The notes under the pieces: generated by a model
Seen by the model: only the letters and a program-made list of their open reading frames with translations
The model's database searches: none
What the model was told of the DNA's origin: nothing
Translations under genes and position numbers: made by a program
Source of the DNA: Euprymna scolopes
Taxonomy: Eukaryota
Assembly: GCA_053919585.1 (NCBI GenBank)
Contig: CM132820.1
Length of the DNA: 64,000 bases
Reading direction: 5' to 3' (one strand)
In this document: positions 39,001 through 51,380 of the stretch, in pieces
Layout: each line of letters opens with the position of its first letter
Position numbering within the stretch: position 1 is the first letter of the stretch

Positions 39001-39062
39001 ACTGGATTCGAACCTGGCACACCGAGGTTTTCAGCCAGCGTTCTTAATCACTTATCTACTGT
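39001..39062 (-). mobile_element. tRNA-derived SINE head; similar remnant at 50272-50335 (-)
   Basis: B box ggttcgaatcc with an upstream degenerate A box; no intact cloverleaf. Confidence 0.55.
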
Positions 39063-39733
39063 CATGTCATAAATTTAAAATGTCTTACTATAAATATCTA
39101 TATATATATATATATATATATATATCTATTTATATCATATATATCTATTTATGTCAGGTCATGTCATATGCTACTGGTACCATGTAACCCAGTACTACCT
39201 GCCTCATGGTCGGGTCACCGGCGACTAAACTAGTTCCCCCACCAGACTTGTTTGGTGTGGAGGGTGGCTAGTCTCACTAAAGGATTAAAAACAAAACCTT
39301 TGAAATGGGGAATGAGCCCTTTTTTGTGGTCAACGGGCAACAAGAATGTGTGTGTTGGGTGGAGAGAGCTGCCATAAGCCGTGATGAAGGCAACCTTTCT
39401 AGCAGAAACAAATCTCTGATTTAAAAATTACATAAAGCGGGAGACCAGTACCTGCATTAAGCTGGTCTGTAGTTTATCTTGTTGCTGGCTATCTTGTTCT
39501 GGTTTGTTGCTGGATCTCAACATTTTGAACCGAAAGAGAGACTTAGCTGTTGTACAAAGCTAAGACTTTGTAACATCCTCTGTGTATGAGTACTCCTTCA
39601 GGCATTTGTCTATGAAAATGGTCCTGTGGCGATGAAAGTCATTTTTGCGCTCATGGACTTTAAGTGTCTGAGGGAGTGGCACTCGTCTGACAAGACGTTG
39701 CAATCATCATATCTATTTATATCTATATATATA

Positions 39734-39943
39734 CAGGGTGGGCCAAAATTAGGGCCCTATCTTTAAATTTGAATAATTTTCACAAAATAAAAGTTAAACT
39801 CACCAAACTTTATGTGTGTGTAGACTGCCCCTTCCGAGATTCTTTTGAAATAAACAAAACCAATTTTGGCCGAAAAACACTTCTTAAAACTTACATGAAT
39901 TTATGAATTTTTAAAAATAGGACCCTTATTTTGGCCTACCCTA
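39734..39943. mobile_element. Tc1/mariner-type MITE
   Basis: TIRs cagggtgggccaaaattagggccctat / ataggacccttattttggcctaccct; TA flanks. Confidence 0.8.
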
Positions 39944-41749
39944 TATCTATATCCATCTATCAAACTATCTATATTTATCTATATATACCTATCTATTTAA
40001 CTAACTATGTCTATCTATATCAGTCTAGCTAACTATCTGTCTACTAATCTATATTCATATATCTATCTATCACACTGTCTATCTATCTAAAAAAATCTAT
40101 ATCAACTATTTTTTCTTTATCATTATATATCTACATATACATATCTATATATATCTACATCTGTCTATATCTATATATTTATCTATACGTATACCTATCT
40201 ATATATCTGTTTACATGTATTTATCTATCTATCTTCATCTCTCTATTCATCTGTCTATCCATCTATCCATAACTATATATCTATCTAGGTAACNNNNNNN
40301 NNNNNNNNNNNNNNNNNNNNNNNNNNNNNNNNNNNNNNNNNNNNNNNNNNNNNNNNNNNNNNNNNNNNNNNNNNNNNNNNNNNNNNNNNNNNNNNNNNNN
40401 NNNNNNNNNNNNNNNNNNNNNNNNNNNNNNNNNNNNNNNNNNNNNNNNNNNNNNNNNNNNNNNNNNNNNNNNNNNNNNNNNNNNNNNNNNNNNNNNNNNN
40501 NNNNNNNNNNNNNNNNNNNNNNNNNNNNNNNGTTTCTCAAAAGCTCATCAGGAGAAAATCGATAGCGTACAAAATAATATTATGTCGAAAATAAAGAATT
40601 CTAATGGGGAACTATTGAATGTGGCAAAAGTACGGGGGACACTAAAATAAATTTATTAACGTTTAAAAAACGATAAAAATATTGGCACAACGAGGAGGGA
40701 AAAAACCGGAGAAAAGATTAAAAGTTCCCCAAAGAGAAACAATGCGTTGGATGTTTCCTTCTGCCGGCACAAAGAATGTTGACGCACCGCAAGACCGAAA
40801 GAGATCTTGAGAAACTTCCGCTTATTATTTTCAAAACTGTATATNNNNNNNNNNNNNNNNNNNNNNNNNNNNNNNNNNNNNNNNNNNNNNNNNNNNNNNN
40901 NNNNNNNNNNNNNNNNNNNNNNNNNNNNNNNNNNNNNNNNNNNNNNNNNNNNNNNNNNNNNNNNNNNNNNNNNNNNNNNNNNNNNNNNNNNNNNNNNNNN
41001 NNNNNCGTTGACTTGGTTCAAAAACAGACAACAGAAAATTGACTGTGATTGATGAAAGTATGATAGGTTATGAAAAGGAGGGGGTTGTAAAGAGATAGGT
41101 CTTGATACTAAAAAATTGTACCCTAAGCAAAATATGATGAAAGTAAAGATAATTTTCGGGAAAATATATTTTTTATATCAATTTTGTTTCCATTCGTAGC
41201 TGAGAGTGACCAACAAAATGATGTTTCCTTACAAAGAGAAAAGGTTATATATATAATAATATAAATATACAAGAAATAAATGTTAACATAATTAATAAAA
41301 GTTACTTTTATGGTAGAAAAGTTCATTGGTTTTTATTTTTAAGTAGTTTGTAAAAAAACTTTTTTTTTAGTTCACGAACCGGTTAAAAAAATCAAAATGG
41401 CAGCGACTTTGAAATAGAGAGCCCCGTTTTCAATTTGAAAGAGGGGAACCTGAGCATTCTGTGTTAACAATTTAAGAGAGTTCCGTCAACGCAAGGAATA
41501 TTTATAAATATATTTTAATATTTTTTGTTATTTTGTGCTTGAGGAATATTCGATTATGGCATGTATAGTTTATATAAAAATTCATTTAAGTAGTTATTGC
41601 CTCAAATTTCGTTTTAATTTCGGTTCGCTGAAATTATTTCAAGTGAAGAGCATTACAAACTATTTCAAAACAAAAAAAAACATGAACGAAATCTTTATTG
41701 ACTATTGTAGCATTTATTTCTTGTATATTTATTTTTTCGGGTAGTCGTT

Positions 41750-42269
41750 TGTTGGCTTTTCTGCTAAACATTAAAAACATACTTATCAAAGTATTCTCGT
41801 GTACATCTATATCAAAAACCCTTGTAAACATTTTTGTTTATTTCGATACTTTGGGGACCAGGCGCGAACGCAGACCCCACAATTTTTATGAACCACCGTT
41901 CTGCCAGATCAAACATACCCATTCCTGATCCTCGACACATCTTCTATCATTATATGCAATCAGTTTTTTTTTAAATAGTCAGCCATATAGGAGCCTATTC
42001 GTGACCGGGTATTAATTTGCTCCCTCACCGAGCAAATTAGGTACAAGGCCGATTTTTAATGTGAGGAGTGAAGAGGAAATGGGGACCAACTCCCCGGGGA
42101 GTAGGGGAGCTGGATAGTTACAATTGGTATGAAAGGTTGCCCCTACATTTTCCTCCACATATGGTCTTTGCTTGCAGTATCTGCCAGAACAGATATTACA
42201 CATTGATCTTGACCCGAAGACTACGAAGGTGGCCTATTCGTGACCGGACACACACACAGAGGCGTTCAG

Positions 42270-42275
<6 letters not shown>
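41750..42275 (-). mobile_element. Family C Helitron 5' portion, interrupted by a 223-bp insertion
   Basis: Matches 26630-26910; a further family C piece lies at ~41050-41150. Confidence 0.75.
42009..42231 (-). mobile_element. Retroposon with a U2 snRNA-like 5' head
   Basis: 16-bp TSD gcctattcgtgaccgg (41993-42008 / 42232-42247); minus aagatcaatgtgtaatatctgttct; terminal 10-bp stem-loop. Confidence 0.7.
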
Positions 42276-42336
<61 letters not shown>

Positions 42337-43059
42337 AGGAGCCACCAACAGTTGTTGTGTCTTTTAGATACTTGTCATATTATTTAATATTTTTATTTTA
42401 AAAATTATTAAACAATATTTTGAAATAATTTTGTAGTATAGTTTATCACATTTCGGACAATCATGTCATTTCAAACGTCGTTTTCAGAAATTTTGTAAAA
42501 ATAGAAGATTGGAAAAGCCATTTTGAGGATAAACCCTTTTCCCAAACAGTAAAAACACTATATGTCTATAAATATATTCAGACTCGAGTGTGTTTCACCC
42601 TTGCGTTGGTTTTACTGGAATCACTTCAGGGGCATTGAGTGGGAATGTTATGTCGTGGTGTGAAAGGGTTTTTTGTTTTCTATTTTTTCTTTTAATTTAT
42701 TTTTCCTCTCATTTGTGTAGAAGTGTGGAAGTGAATGTGTGTTTTTCTTTCCTGTGGCTATGTCGCCTCATAAGTGTGGCTGTGTACGTGTTTTCGCGTG
42801 TGGGCGAGAGCATGTGTGTATGTGTGTGCTTCTGTAGTATTGACTTGTGAAGTATAAATTATATTTCATAGTTTGAATATGCTGTGCTTTGGCAGGGGAA
42901 CTGTTATTTAATTTGGATTTTTAGATTTTAATTTCTTTCTATTTTGACTTTCGTTTGAAACGTTGAAAATGTAAAAAAATAAGATAACTTGGAACATGAC
43001 GAGGTACATAGAATGAAAAGTAGAGACATACTAAAATACAGCAGAGTGGACATAAAATT

Positions 43060-43870
43060 ATCGCTACAGAAAAGACGACATGATTCAATTTCCGTTTGAT
43101 GAAAACTTGTTTTCTTTCTTTATTGCAGACTATCTACTCGGCCCGTTTTGTACAAATCTCAAGAGTCATAGGAGCCTTCTATCACGTCTGAAAGTGACAC
43201 AATGTTCAACGAGTGAGATTGAAGACGCATCGCTGTAAAACATACTCTCTACACATCCAAGTTATGGCAACAGGACCATTGCCATCACTCTAAAAATGCA
43301 TCACTGGACGACAGGAACATGCCCAGAGTGATTAAAAGATGACAGTTTCCGGCCATGGTTATGATTTTTAATGGTATTTAAAAGTAAGGGCTGAATTATG
43401 CCACTTCACATCTCCGATGCTGGCTTGAAAGTCAACACCAAATCAAATATCTGGATATGCTAAAGAGTGTGATGATCCCCTAGTGCAGTCAGGTGAGCGC
43501 TGGCAGATCCTGGGCGTGGCAGCAGGACTCAACGCCCGCCCATAAGTCTAAAGAGTCGCAGGACTGGTTTCAGAAAGTGTGCTACGACTTTGTAATCTTT
43601 TCTCACTGGCCCACCATCCTTCCTCGAATTGAACCTGCTGGATTACTTCGTTTGGTCGTACATCGATAACATCACCAACATGACCTCCCACAACACCAAA
43701 GCCAGCCTGATCGCCGCCATCCGCCGAGTATTCGCCGGGGTCCCGTCGGTGCTTCCAAACCCATATCGAGGCGGGGATCGAGGCTGAAAGCAGCTACATT
43801 GAATAGATGTCAGCTCTACTACATAATCCAGTTACCAGAATTGATTGAAATAAATCTGCAGTGTTGATTT
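43060..43870 (+). mobile_element. Decayed DD37D (maT-like) transposase fragment
   Basis: GLKVNTK..YLDMLKSVMIP, WAWQQDSTPAHKSK, NLLDYFVWS; paralog at 49290-50150. Confidence 0.8.
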
Positions 43871-43904
43871 CTTAAGGGGGACCATTTTAGCGTTATACTC
43901 TGTT

Positions 43905-43961
<57 letters not shown>

Positions 43962-43971
<10 letters not shown>

Positions 43972-44705
43972 AGTGATCTGGCCTTTCTGTCTGAGGGAAC
44001 GGTCTCTAGGAACTACTGTCTCAATTTTGAAAGACTTGAAATTTGATATATGGAACATTCGGATCCGTGGAACAAAACCAATTTGTTTATATCTGCTAAA
44101 AATAGTTGCCAATGAGTCCATTAAGATATTGAAACTTGGCAGGCGTATGTTGACTTAATCTATACACACTACGCATGCTCAAATATACACCCCTACGTTC
44201 AACTGCTTTAAGTTTGAAAGTTTGGAAAAAGATATAAAAATTCATTAACTTCCCTTACTCTATGACATTTAATACTAAGCCAAATCAATACCAAAACTTA
44301 AATTCAAGTAACTATCACTGCACAACCGGGAACGCCAGACGTATAAAATGAACAGTTGGTTCTTTGATATGACAGGGGCACGTTCAAAATGTACGTTTCT
44401 ATTTAGAGCTTAATTGCAGCATGATACTTGACTTTTGAATTTTAAACCTTAATTCAAAACATTATATATAAAAATAATTTTATAAAATCAACAGTAGTTT
44501 ATCTACAGCGCAATGTAAACTACAATATGCCGTGAACTTAATCACTGTTAGAGGCATGTTAAGCTTCATCGATTAGAGCAGGCAATCAATCGATTTGATT
44601 TAATAACTGGCTATTTCAGCGATTTCGATGACAATAAAAGTATACGAGTGGGAAACATTCGTCGATTATCATTAAATCCCGGGCAATGTTGTGTTACCCT
44701 ACTAG
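43962..44705 (+). mobile_element. Non-autonomous Helitron-like element
   Basis: Starts in a TA tract with gacttgaaatttgatata as in families B and D; ends cccgggcaatgttgtgttacccta-CTAG|T. Confidence 0.6.
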
Positions 44706-44714
44706 TATAATATA

Positions 44715-44738
44715 TATATATATATACAAAAGTGAACG

Positions 44739-44773
<35 letters not shown>

Positions 44774-45133
44774 GTGTCTGTCTGTGTACATTTCCTTACA
44801 GAATAACTCTGTCATCTTTTAGTCTACAGACTCGAAATTTGATATACAGGGTACTGAGATTTGGGAAAATCTATGTGATCGGTTTTCGGCCAGAAATTTG
44901 GCTGTTAAAGGGTCAAAGTTCAACAATTTGACCTTCGAGAACTCTACCTAACTCCTCAGACAATGTTGGGTCTAAACACTTGAATTTTTAGATATAGGAT
45001 CCTTGGATATTGATCTAACTTAATAACTTGATTTGAGCCCAAAACAATAGGAGTCAAAGTTAAAAAAATTGACCGTTTATTTTTGCTCAGCATTCACCTC
45101 CAAACACCTGGGCAACGCCGGACACGCATGCTA

Positions 45134-45134
<1 letters not shown>
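44715..45134 (+). mobile_element. Family D Helitron
   Basis: aaaagtgaa plus (GTCT)n; colinear with 59594-60011; cctgggcaacgccgga..gCTAG|T. Confidence 0.85.
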
Positions 45135-45211
<77 letters not shown>

Positions 45212-45563
45212 TCGTGTTCATTTTGAATGTATAAAATTAAATTTGGAGGCATGCTATTAATTTTCGTTCCTTTGCCGGGTCTTTTGTGATTATAAGGCCG
45301 TGGGAACGTCAATGTGGCTTCCGTCTCGCTTTTCCCGCGCATCGTTTTCTTCATGGCATCCCCTTTGTCTCGCTATCTCTTTCGTCGTGCTCTTCTGGTA
45401 GAATTAGCTGTCTTCTCACTTTCTTTTATTTCTTCAAATCCGATTAAACCGACCGCATGAGTCGGTGAGAGCAACTGATTTCAGAGAAGCAGGGAATTGG
45501 ATTATTTAGCCACTGTAATCTGATTATGAAATCGCTTTCATTACCCACTCAGCTCACTCATCT

Positions 45564-45630
<67 letters not shown>

Positions 45631-45813
45631 GAGTATTGGCTGAAGAGAGTTTGATATCTTAACCGGTCCTAATTATCGGGCTTGAAACCGACGGTACCAA
45701 TGATTGTCTCATCTAACAACTTTCTGTAATCAAAATATAAATACGCTCTTATATTTCGGATTTTCCATTTAATCGAGCACTCTACTGGATTTATTTTTCC
45801 CCCCAAAAAACTA

Positions 45814-45879
<66 letters not shown>

Positions 45880-45880
45880 A

Positions 45881-46255
45881 CTAGTTGTATGTACATAGCT
45901 TTGCTAGGTCGTCATGTATGACGTATGAGATGATGTTATCTACTATGACATTACATACGATCATGTCTTCTACTATCATGTCCTATATGACGTCATCACA
46001 GATGGCTATCAGAATATGTGCTGTCAACTGCTATACCGTCATATGTTACGCATGTGAACAAACACCATGTAACAAACATACAACGAGGTATATGGATTTA
46101 ATATGATTAGAAAAGGCTTTCGGGGTTGCACGGAGTTGCCTGCGTTTTTTACTATTTGTTTCCCCTCATAGATGACGTCATACGTGATGCTATATCTGAC
46201 GTCACATATGATATATGCTATAATGTCATTGAGTAGAAACAAACAAATATATTAT
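45881..46255 (-). mobile_element. Helitron-like element (another family) in (TA)n
   Basis: Minus-strand 3' end acctagc-aaa-gctatgt-acatacaaCTAG|T. Confidence 0.6.
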
Positions 46256-46274
46256 TATATATATATATATATAT

Positions 46275-46321
<47 letters not shown>

Positions 46322-47589
46322 TATAATGATAAATATTAATTAATTTTTTATAGATACTCATTTGTCAGTAAAAAATTTACATAACATTTTAATAAAGAAA
46401 ATATTTATTTTTTTATTTTTTAAATGTACGTAGACTGTTACTTTTCTTTTAGCATGTTGAAACGTTCAATTCTTGACAGAATCTGTTTCGTCGAATAGAA
46501 TCATTCATATAGTTTTTATGCCAATTCTTGAATCTTACATATAAATATGTACATATATATGTACAGGAATATATATAGTTAACTCATATGATCAAATATA
46601 TATCGGCGCATATTCTATCTGACTTTTTTAAAAGTCCCTTGATGAGTTTTCTTGTTTCTGGATTAAAGAATTTACTGTATTGATTGTAGAGTCTAGTCGT
46701 TTTAGTTCGCTGAAGAATCGATTATTGTGAGTTTGACATCAATAAACACTATGGAGATAAACTGAATATTTTAAGTAGATAGTATTTACTTTATACGTGA
46801 CTTTCTATTTGCACAGGAAACCGGAAGTACTAGGGCGAGTTTTGCAATGGATTCATCAGCTTCTTCACTTCTGATATTAAAACGAGCATCAGGAAAGTAC
46901 AAGACGATAAAATAAAATATATTCATCGATAATTATTGAATCAAATATGGTTACATGATTAAATGTAATATATACATATATTGATCGACTAAAAAAGAAC
47001 AAACCAAAAGTATATGTTCATGAACGTTTCATTCTTTGTAGACTTCTCAGGTTGATTCATTTGAAAAAAAACATACAATTCCAGTATAATATTTGTAAAT
47101 ATATTGGGTGTTTTATAAATACTGTAACGGCAATAAATATTAATCAATTTTAATCTCTACACAAGCGTTAGTAAAAAATTTAAATAACAATTTAATAAAG
47201 ATGATATTATTTATTTTTTTGTTTTTAAATGTATGTACAATGTTGTTTTATTGCAATTATGTCAAAATTCATTTATATCTGTGTTTATGCATTTTTTTTA
47301 AATTTTAGAATATTGTTATGTTTGCAAATAACGTATAAGGCAATACAAGTGAAGACTCAACAAACAAAGGTAGATCAATAAGAAGTGTAGTAGGAAAAGT
47401 ATATTTGCAGTATATTTACATAATGGTTGTCAGGTAAGAGAGTCTTGGCTGGAGAACATATCTGCTCTCGGGTCGGCCTTCAGTGGTTTCTGGTTAACAC
47501 ACGCTTAGACTAACCGAGTCTTGTTATTTATGTGTAATATTATCCACATATGTAAATGAGTGGGTGCCACCACAAAAAAATATCATTAT

Positions 47590-47975
47590 GAATTTGATTT
47601 CCTTGCGTGGTGATATTGGTTGATCCGCAAGATGATCTGATCAAAACCATTGCGATTTTTTCTCGTTGGGGATACTTGAAGTCCAAGGTTTTCGTCACCA
47701 CCCTACATTTCATGAAGAATTAAAGCGAGCTGTTCGTTCTGAAATTGCTGATATTCCACCTGAAATGATCCATCGAGTTATTGCAAACTTTCGTGAACGT
47801 TCATAATCATAGGTTAGCAACAATGGGAAACATTTGGCCGTTTTAATATTTAAGACAACGTGAAATAAACATGGCATTCTATGTACAGTAAAGAATAAAA
47901 ATAAAATTTTTGTTTGATTGTATTTATTTATTTATTTTATGACCAGCAAATATGCCAGATACTTTGTAAGGCGCA
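47590..47975 (+). mobile_element. Tc1/mariner-superfamily (DD37D/DD41D-type) transposase C-terminal remnant
   Basis: LISLRGDIG..NHCDFF..GYLKSKVF..EELKRAVRSEIADIPPEMIHRVIANFRER..NNGKHL. Confidence 0.75.
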
Positions 47976-48005
47976 CACACACAGCCACACACCCACCCAC
48001 ACCCA

Positions 48006-48066
<61 letters not shown>

Positions 48067-48324
48067 GCGTGGTTATTATTTTCCAGATGTAAAGTAACCA
48101 ATGAAGTTAATCGAGGTTAATACAAGAGTGCTCAATACCGAAGGAGAGCAAGGTATACAAACAAATATGAATATATAAACGCATATATTTTCTGTGGATA
48201 CTTATTTCTTCTTTCTCTCTGTATATATTTTCATAGACAGTGTAAATATATAGATACATACAGTCATAAATGTATACCCACGCATATATGTATATTAATA
48301 ACTATTTAATCTCTCTCTCCCCCC

Positions 48325-48392
<68 letters not shown>

Positions 48393-48396
<4 letters not shown>

Positions 48397-48620
48397 ATCC
48401 ACAGACAAACTGTTTCACTGTATCACAACTCTTCAGTATGGCTAGACATTGCTCGGTGACGAACCAACAACGACCAAGTAGTTTATCAGTAGCTCTATCC
48501 GTCAGGACACTGAGACAAGGGCAAGTGGCAATTATATCTAACAATGTTTTATAGAATGTTGACCAACATTCCCACAGTGCTTCATTTTTTCGTTTTTTTT
48601 TACAAAGAGTGTGAATTACG
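48393..48620 (-). mobile_element. Family H2-related hammerhead element
   Basis: Minus strand ccata-CTGAAGA-gttgt(gat)acagt-GAAA-cagtttg-TC-tgtgg (48399-48441), then atgac(TA)n as in 14935 and 20393. Confidence 0.7.
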
Positions 48621-48751
48621 CTAAAACAATGATCGGCGTTCGATTCGTAGGAAAATCATGTTTAATTTTTTATTCTTAGGCGATTATTCGGAAAAATAGG
48701 TAAGTTTACACGAATAGGGGGGATTTTTTTCAAGTTTGAGTGATCCGTCCG

Positions 48752-48897
48752 TGATTTTTCATTTCAATATACTTTCATAGAAATGTTTCTGTTATGTAAA
48801 AAAAAAAAAACTATTTTCTTTACGTCACTGTCACGCTCATGCATCAATTCCATAGCTAATATAACATACTGACCCAACGGATCACGGGTAGTGTAGT
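48752..48897 (+). mobile_element. Isolated 3' end of a family A Helitron
   Basis: Matches 4655-4794, including tgacccaacggatca. Confidence 0.75.
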
Positions 48898-49289
48898 ATT
48901 TATTATTTATTTCTCGTTTCATTTTGTATTATGCCACTGGTATCTTTTATTGTAGTATCAAATGCAAATGTTTCACTAATATATCACAAAACAACCATGG
49001 TGGATTCTTCAAACAAGTTAAGTGTTAATAATAGACTTTCTCATGATGTTGTCTATTTTGGAAAAAGGCTGTCCATCAATGTTTCATTTTTAGGCATGAT
49101 GGCGTAGCGACCCCCTATCTCTATGTCTGACCACGGAGTCCTCTTATTTTATACAGCTCGATGTGAAATACTTCCATATTTTTAGAAATTGATTTAAATC
49201 AATTCAGAATGTGTCATCGTTTTCTTTCAATCATCACCATCATCATCATATCTTGTGAATCCGAAGATTCTATAGCTTGGAACGATAAG

Positions 49290-50150
49290 ATTGTCGCCCT
49301 AGAAAAGACAACGTTATTCAATTTTCGTTTGATAAAACCTGTTTTATTTATTTATTTATTTTTTGTGAAGACCATCTACTAGATTGTCGGTTGTGTACAA
49401 ATCGCAAGAGCATTAGGGGCCTTCTATCATGTCTGAAAGTGACACAATGTTTAACGAGCAAGATCAGAAATGCGCCACTGTACAATTCATGCTCTCTATG
49501 GATCCAAGTTAAGACACCAGGGTAATTGCCAGCACACTCAAAATGCATCACTGGGTTATCACGAATAATAGGAACCTGCCCAGGGTGACGAAAACAAAGA
49601 TTCCGTCCACGGTTATGGTATTTAGTGTGTCTTTGAGTGAGAGGCACATTGTGCCACCTCACATCTCTAATGTCGGGTTGAAAATAAACACCAAAGTGTA
49701 TCTGGATCTGCTTAAAAGTATGGTGACTCCCTGGTACAAAGATGGCCGCTGGCAGATCTTGGGTGTGGCAGCAGAACTCGGCGCCGACTCACAAGTCCAA
49801 AGTGGCCCAGGCTTGGTTTCAGAAGGAGTGCTAGTACTTTGTACACTTCTCTCACGTCCCCCTCATCTATCGACCTGGACGCACTGGACTCCTTGGTTTG
49901 GTCATATGTCGAGAACACCACCAACATGACCTTTCACAGCACCAAAGCCAGCTTGATCCCTAACATCCGCTAAGTATTCGCCGAGCATCCCGTCGGCTCT
50001 TGTGAAAAAGACAGTTATCGACTTGGATCGAGTGGGTGATTGAAGCTGAAGGCGGTTAAATTAAATAGATGTCAGTTCTGCTACATAATCAAGTTACCGG
50101 ATTTGATTTTTAATAAAAGATTTTTAATAAATCGGCAGTGCTGTTTACTT
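49290..50150 (+). mobile_element. Second DD37D (maT-like) fragment
   Basis: TKIPSTVMVFSVSLSERHIVPPHISNVGLKINTKVYLDLLKSMVTPW; colinear with 43060-43870. Confidence 0.8.
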
Positions 50151-50489
50151 TAATCGTTCCACACTGTATTGCTGGCATTAGTTTTCTCGAAAGACATCGG
50201 GTACTTATTGGCTTGTCCATGCAAAGTTTGTCAGCATCTTAAATGAAAGTTCTACAGCTTTCACTTAAGATGCTGGATTCGAACTTGGAACACCCAGGTC
50301 GTTAATCCGTGTCATTGACCACTTAACCACTGCCATCATCCGTTTTCTCCTAATGTTGTGAAGTTATTAATCTGGAGGCTGTGTTTCTTTTTTGCAAACT
50401 TGAAACCTTTTTCTCTTTCAATACTGTAATAGATAAGAATATCTTATAAACTCAATGCATTCAGTTTAATTAGTAAATGTAACACATCT

Positions 50490-50595
50490 ACCGTATCATC
50501 ACGTCGACACACCAGTTTTGGTTAGATCCACGAAGTGAAGCAACGTTGAACTTAATGCCAGATGGATGGATATTCGGGAATGCTAACGCTGTATA
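50490..50595 (+). ncRNA. 5S-derived SINE3-like head; further remnants at 55250-55312 (-) and 63280-63340 (-)
   Basis: atcacgtcgacacaccagttttggttagatccacgaagtgaagcaacgttga..ttcgggaatgct. Confidence 0.6.
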
Positions 50596-50859
50596 TTGGA
50601 AGACGTCGATATCTTCCTGCAAGAACATCAAAAAACCTAACATTGTAATAACCCCTGACCTGAATATACGCGCTCCTGGGGGAAAGCTTGTGAATTTTAT
50701 ATCCTTTAAAACCTCCCTCTTTCAGAGGAATCAAGGTCAACCTGGGTGAATGCCACCTCGTTTGTTTGTGCTTTCATTCCCACATAGATAACGTTTGTAT
50801 GAATAGCATTTCGCAGAAGATATTGACGGAATGTTATGACCAATATTACGATCCCTTGT

Positions 50860-51380
50860 TTTGGCTATTTTAGTTTTCTTGTAGTGCTGAAAATTTTGGG
50901 TAGGAGCAACAGGACTTTTGCTAAAGATAATAAGATTTTTTGATTATCTATATGGTAGGGTTAGCACGAGTTTCTTGCAATCGGTCTTTGTGGAGGTAAC
51001 AAAATTTACGACTGGCTTTTATAAGGCAAACAGGATTTTTGAACAACCTGTTCTTTTAGGGATAAGAAACCTTTCGAAAATTCGGTGTTTATAGGGGTAA
51101 CCAGATTTTGTGAGAATCGTTTTTTATTAGGAGTAGCAAGATTTATAGAAAACCTTTTTTTAGGAGTACTTTCGAACAACAGAGGTAACAAAATTAGTAA
51201 GAGGTATCTTTTTAACCATTTTTGTAGGAGTCTTAAGAATTTTGGATAACTGATTTTATAGGGTAACAATATATTGGACAATTGGCTCTTGTAGGAGAAG
51301 CAAAACTTTCAGACAATCGGTTTTGTAAGAGGGAATGAGATTTCATGAAAACTGGCGTTTGAAGGGTTAAAAAGATTTTT
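50860..51380. repeat. Old degenerate ~34-bp tandem repeat
   Basis: Recurring aatcggtt..gtaggagtaacaagatttt. Confidence 0.7.

Noticed and set aside
39225-39270. Twister ribozyme suggested by gtggaggg
   Set aside because: The conserved GUCCCAAGCCC-type core is absent
40532-40560. Minus-strand CTGATGAgcttttgaGAAAC
   Set aside because: Runs into an assembly gap, so the helices cannot be evaluated
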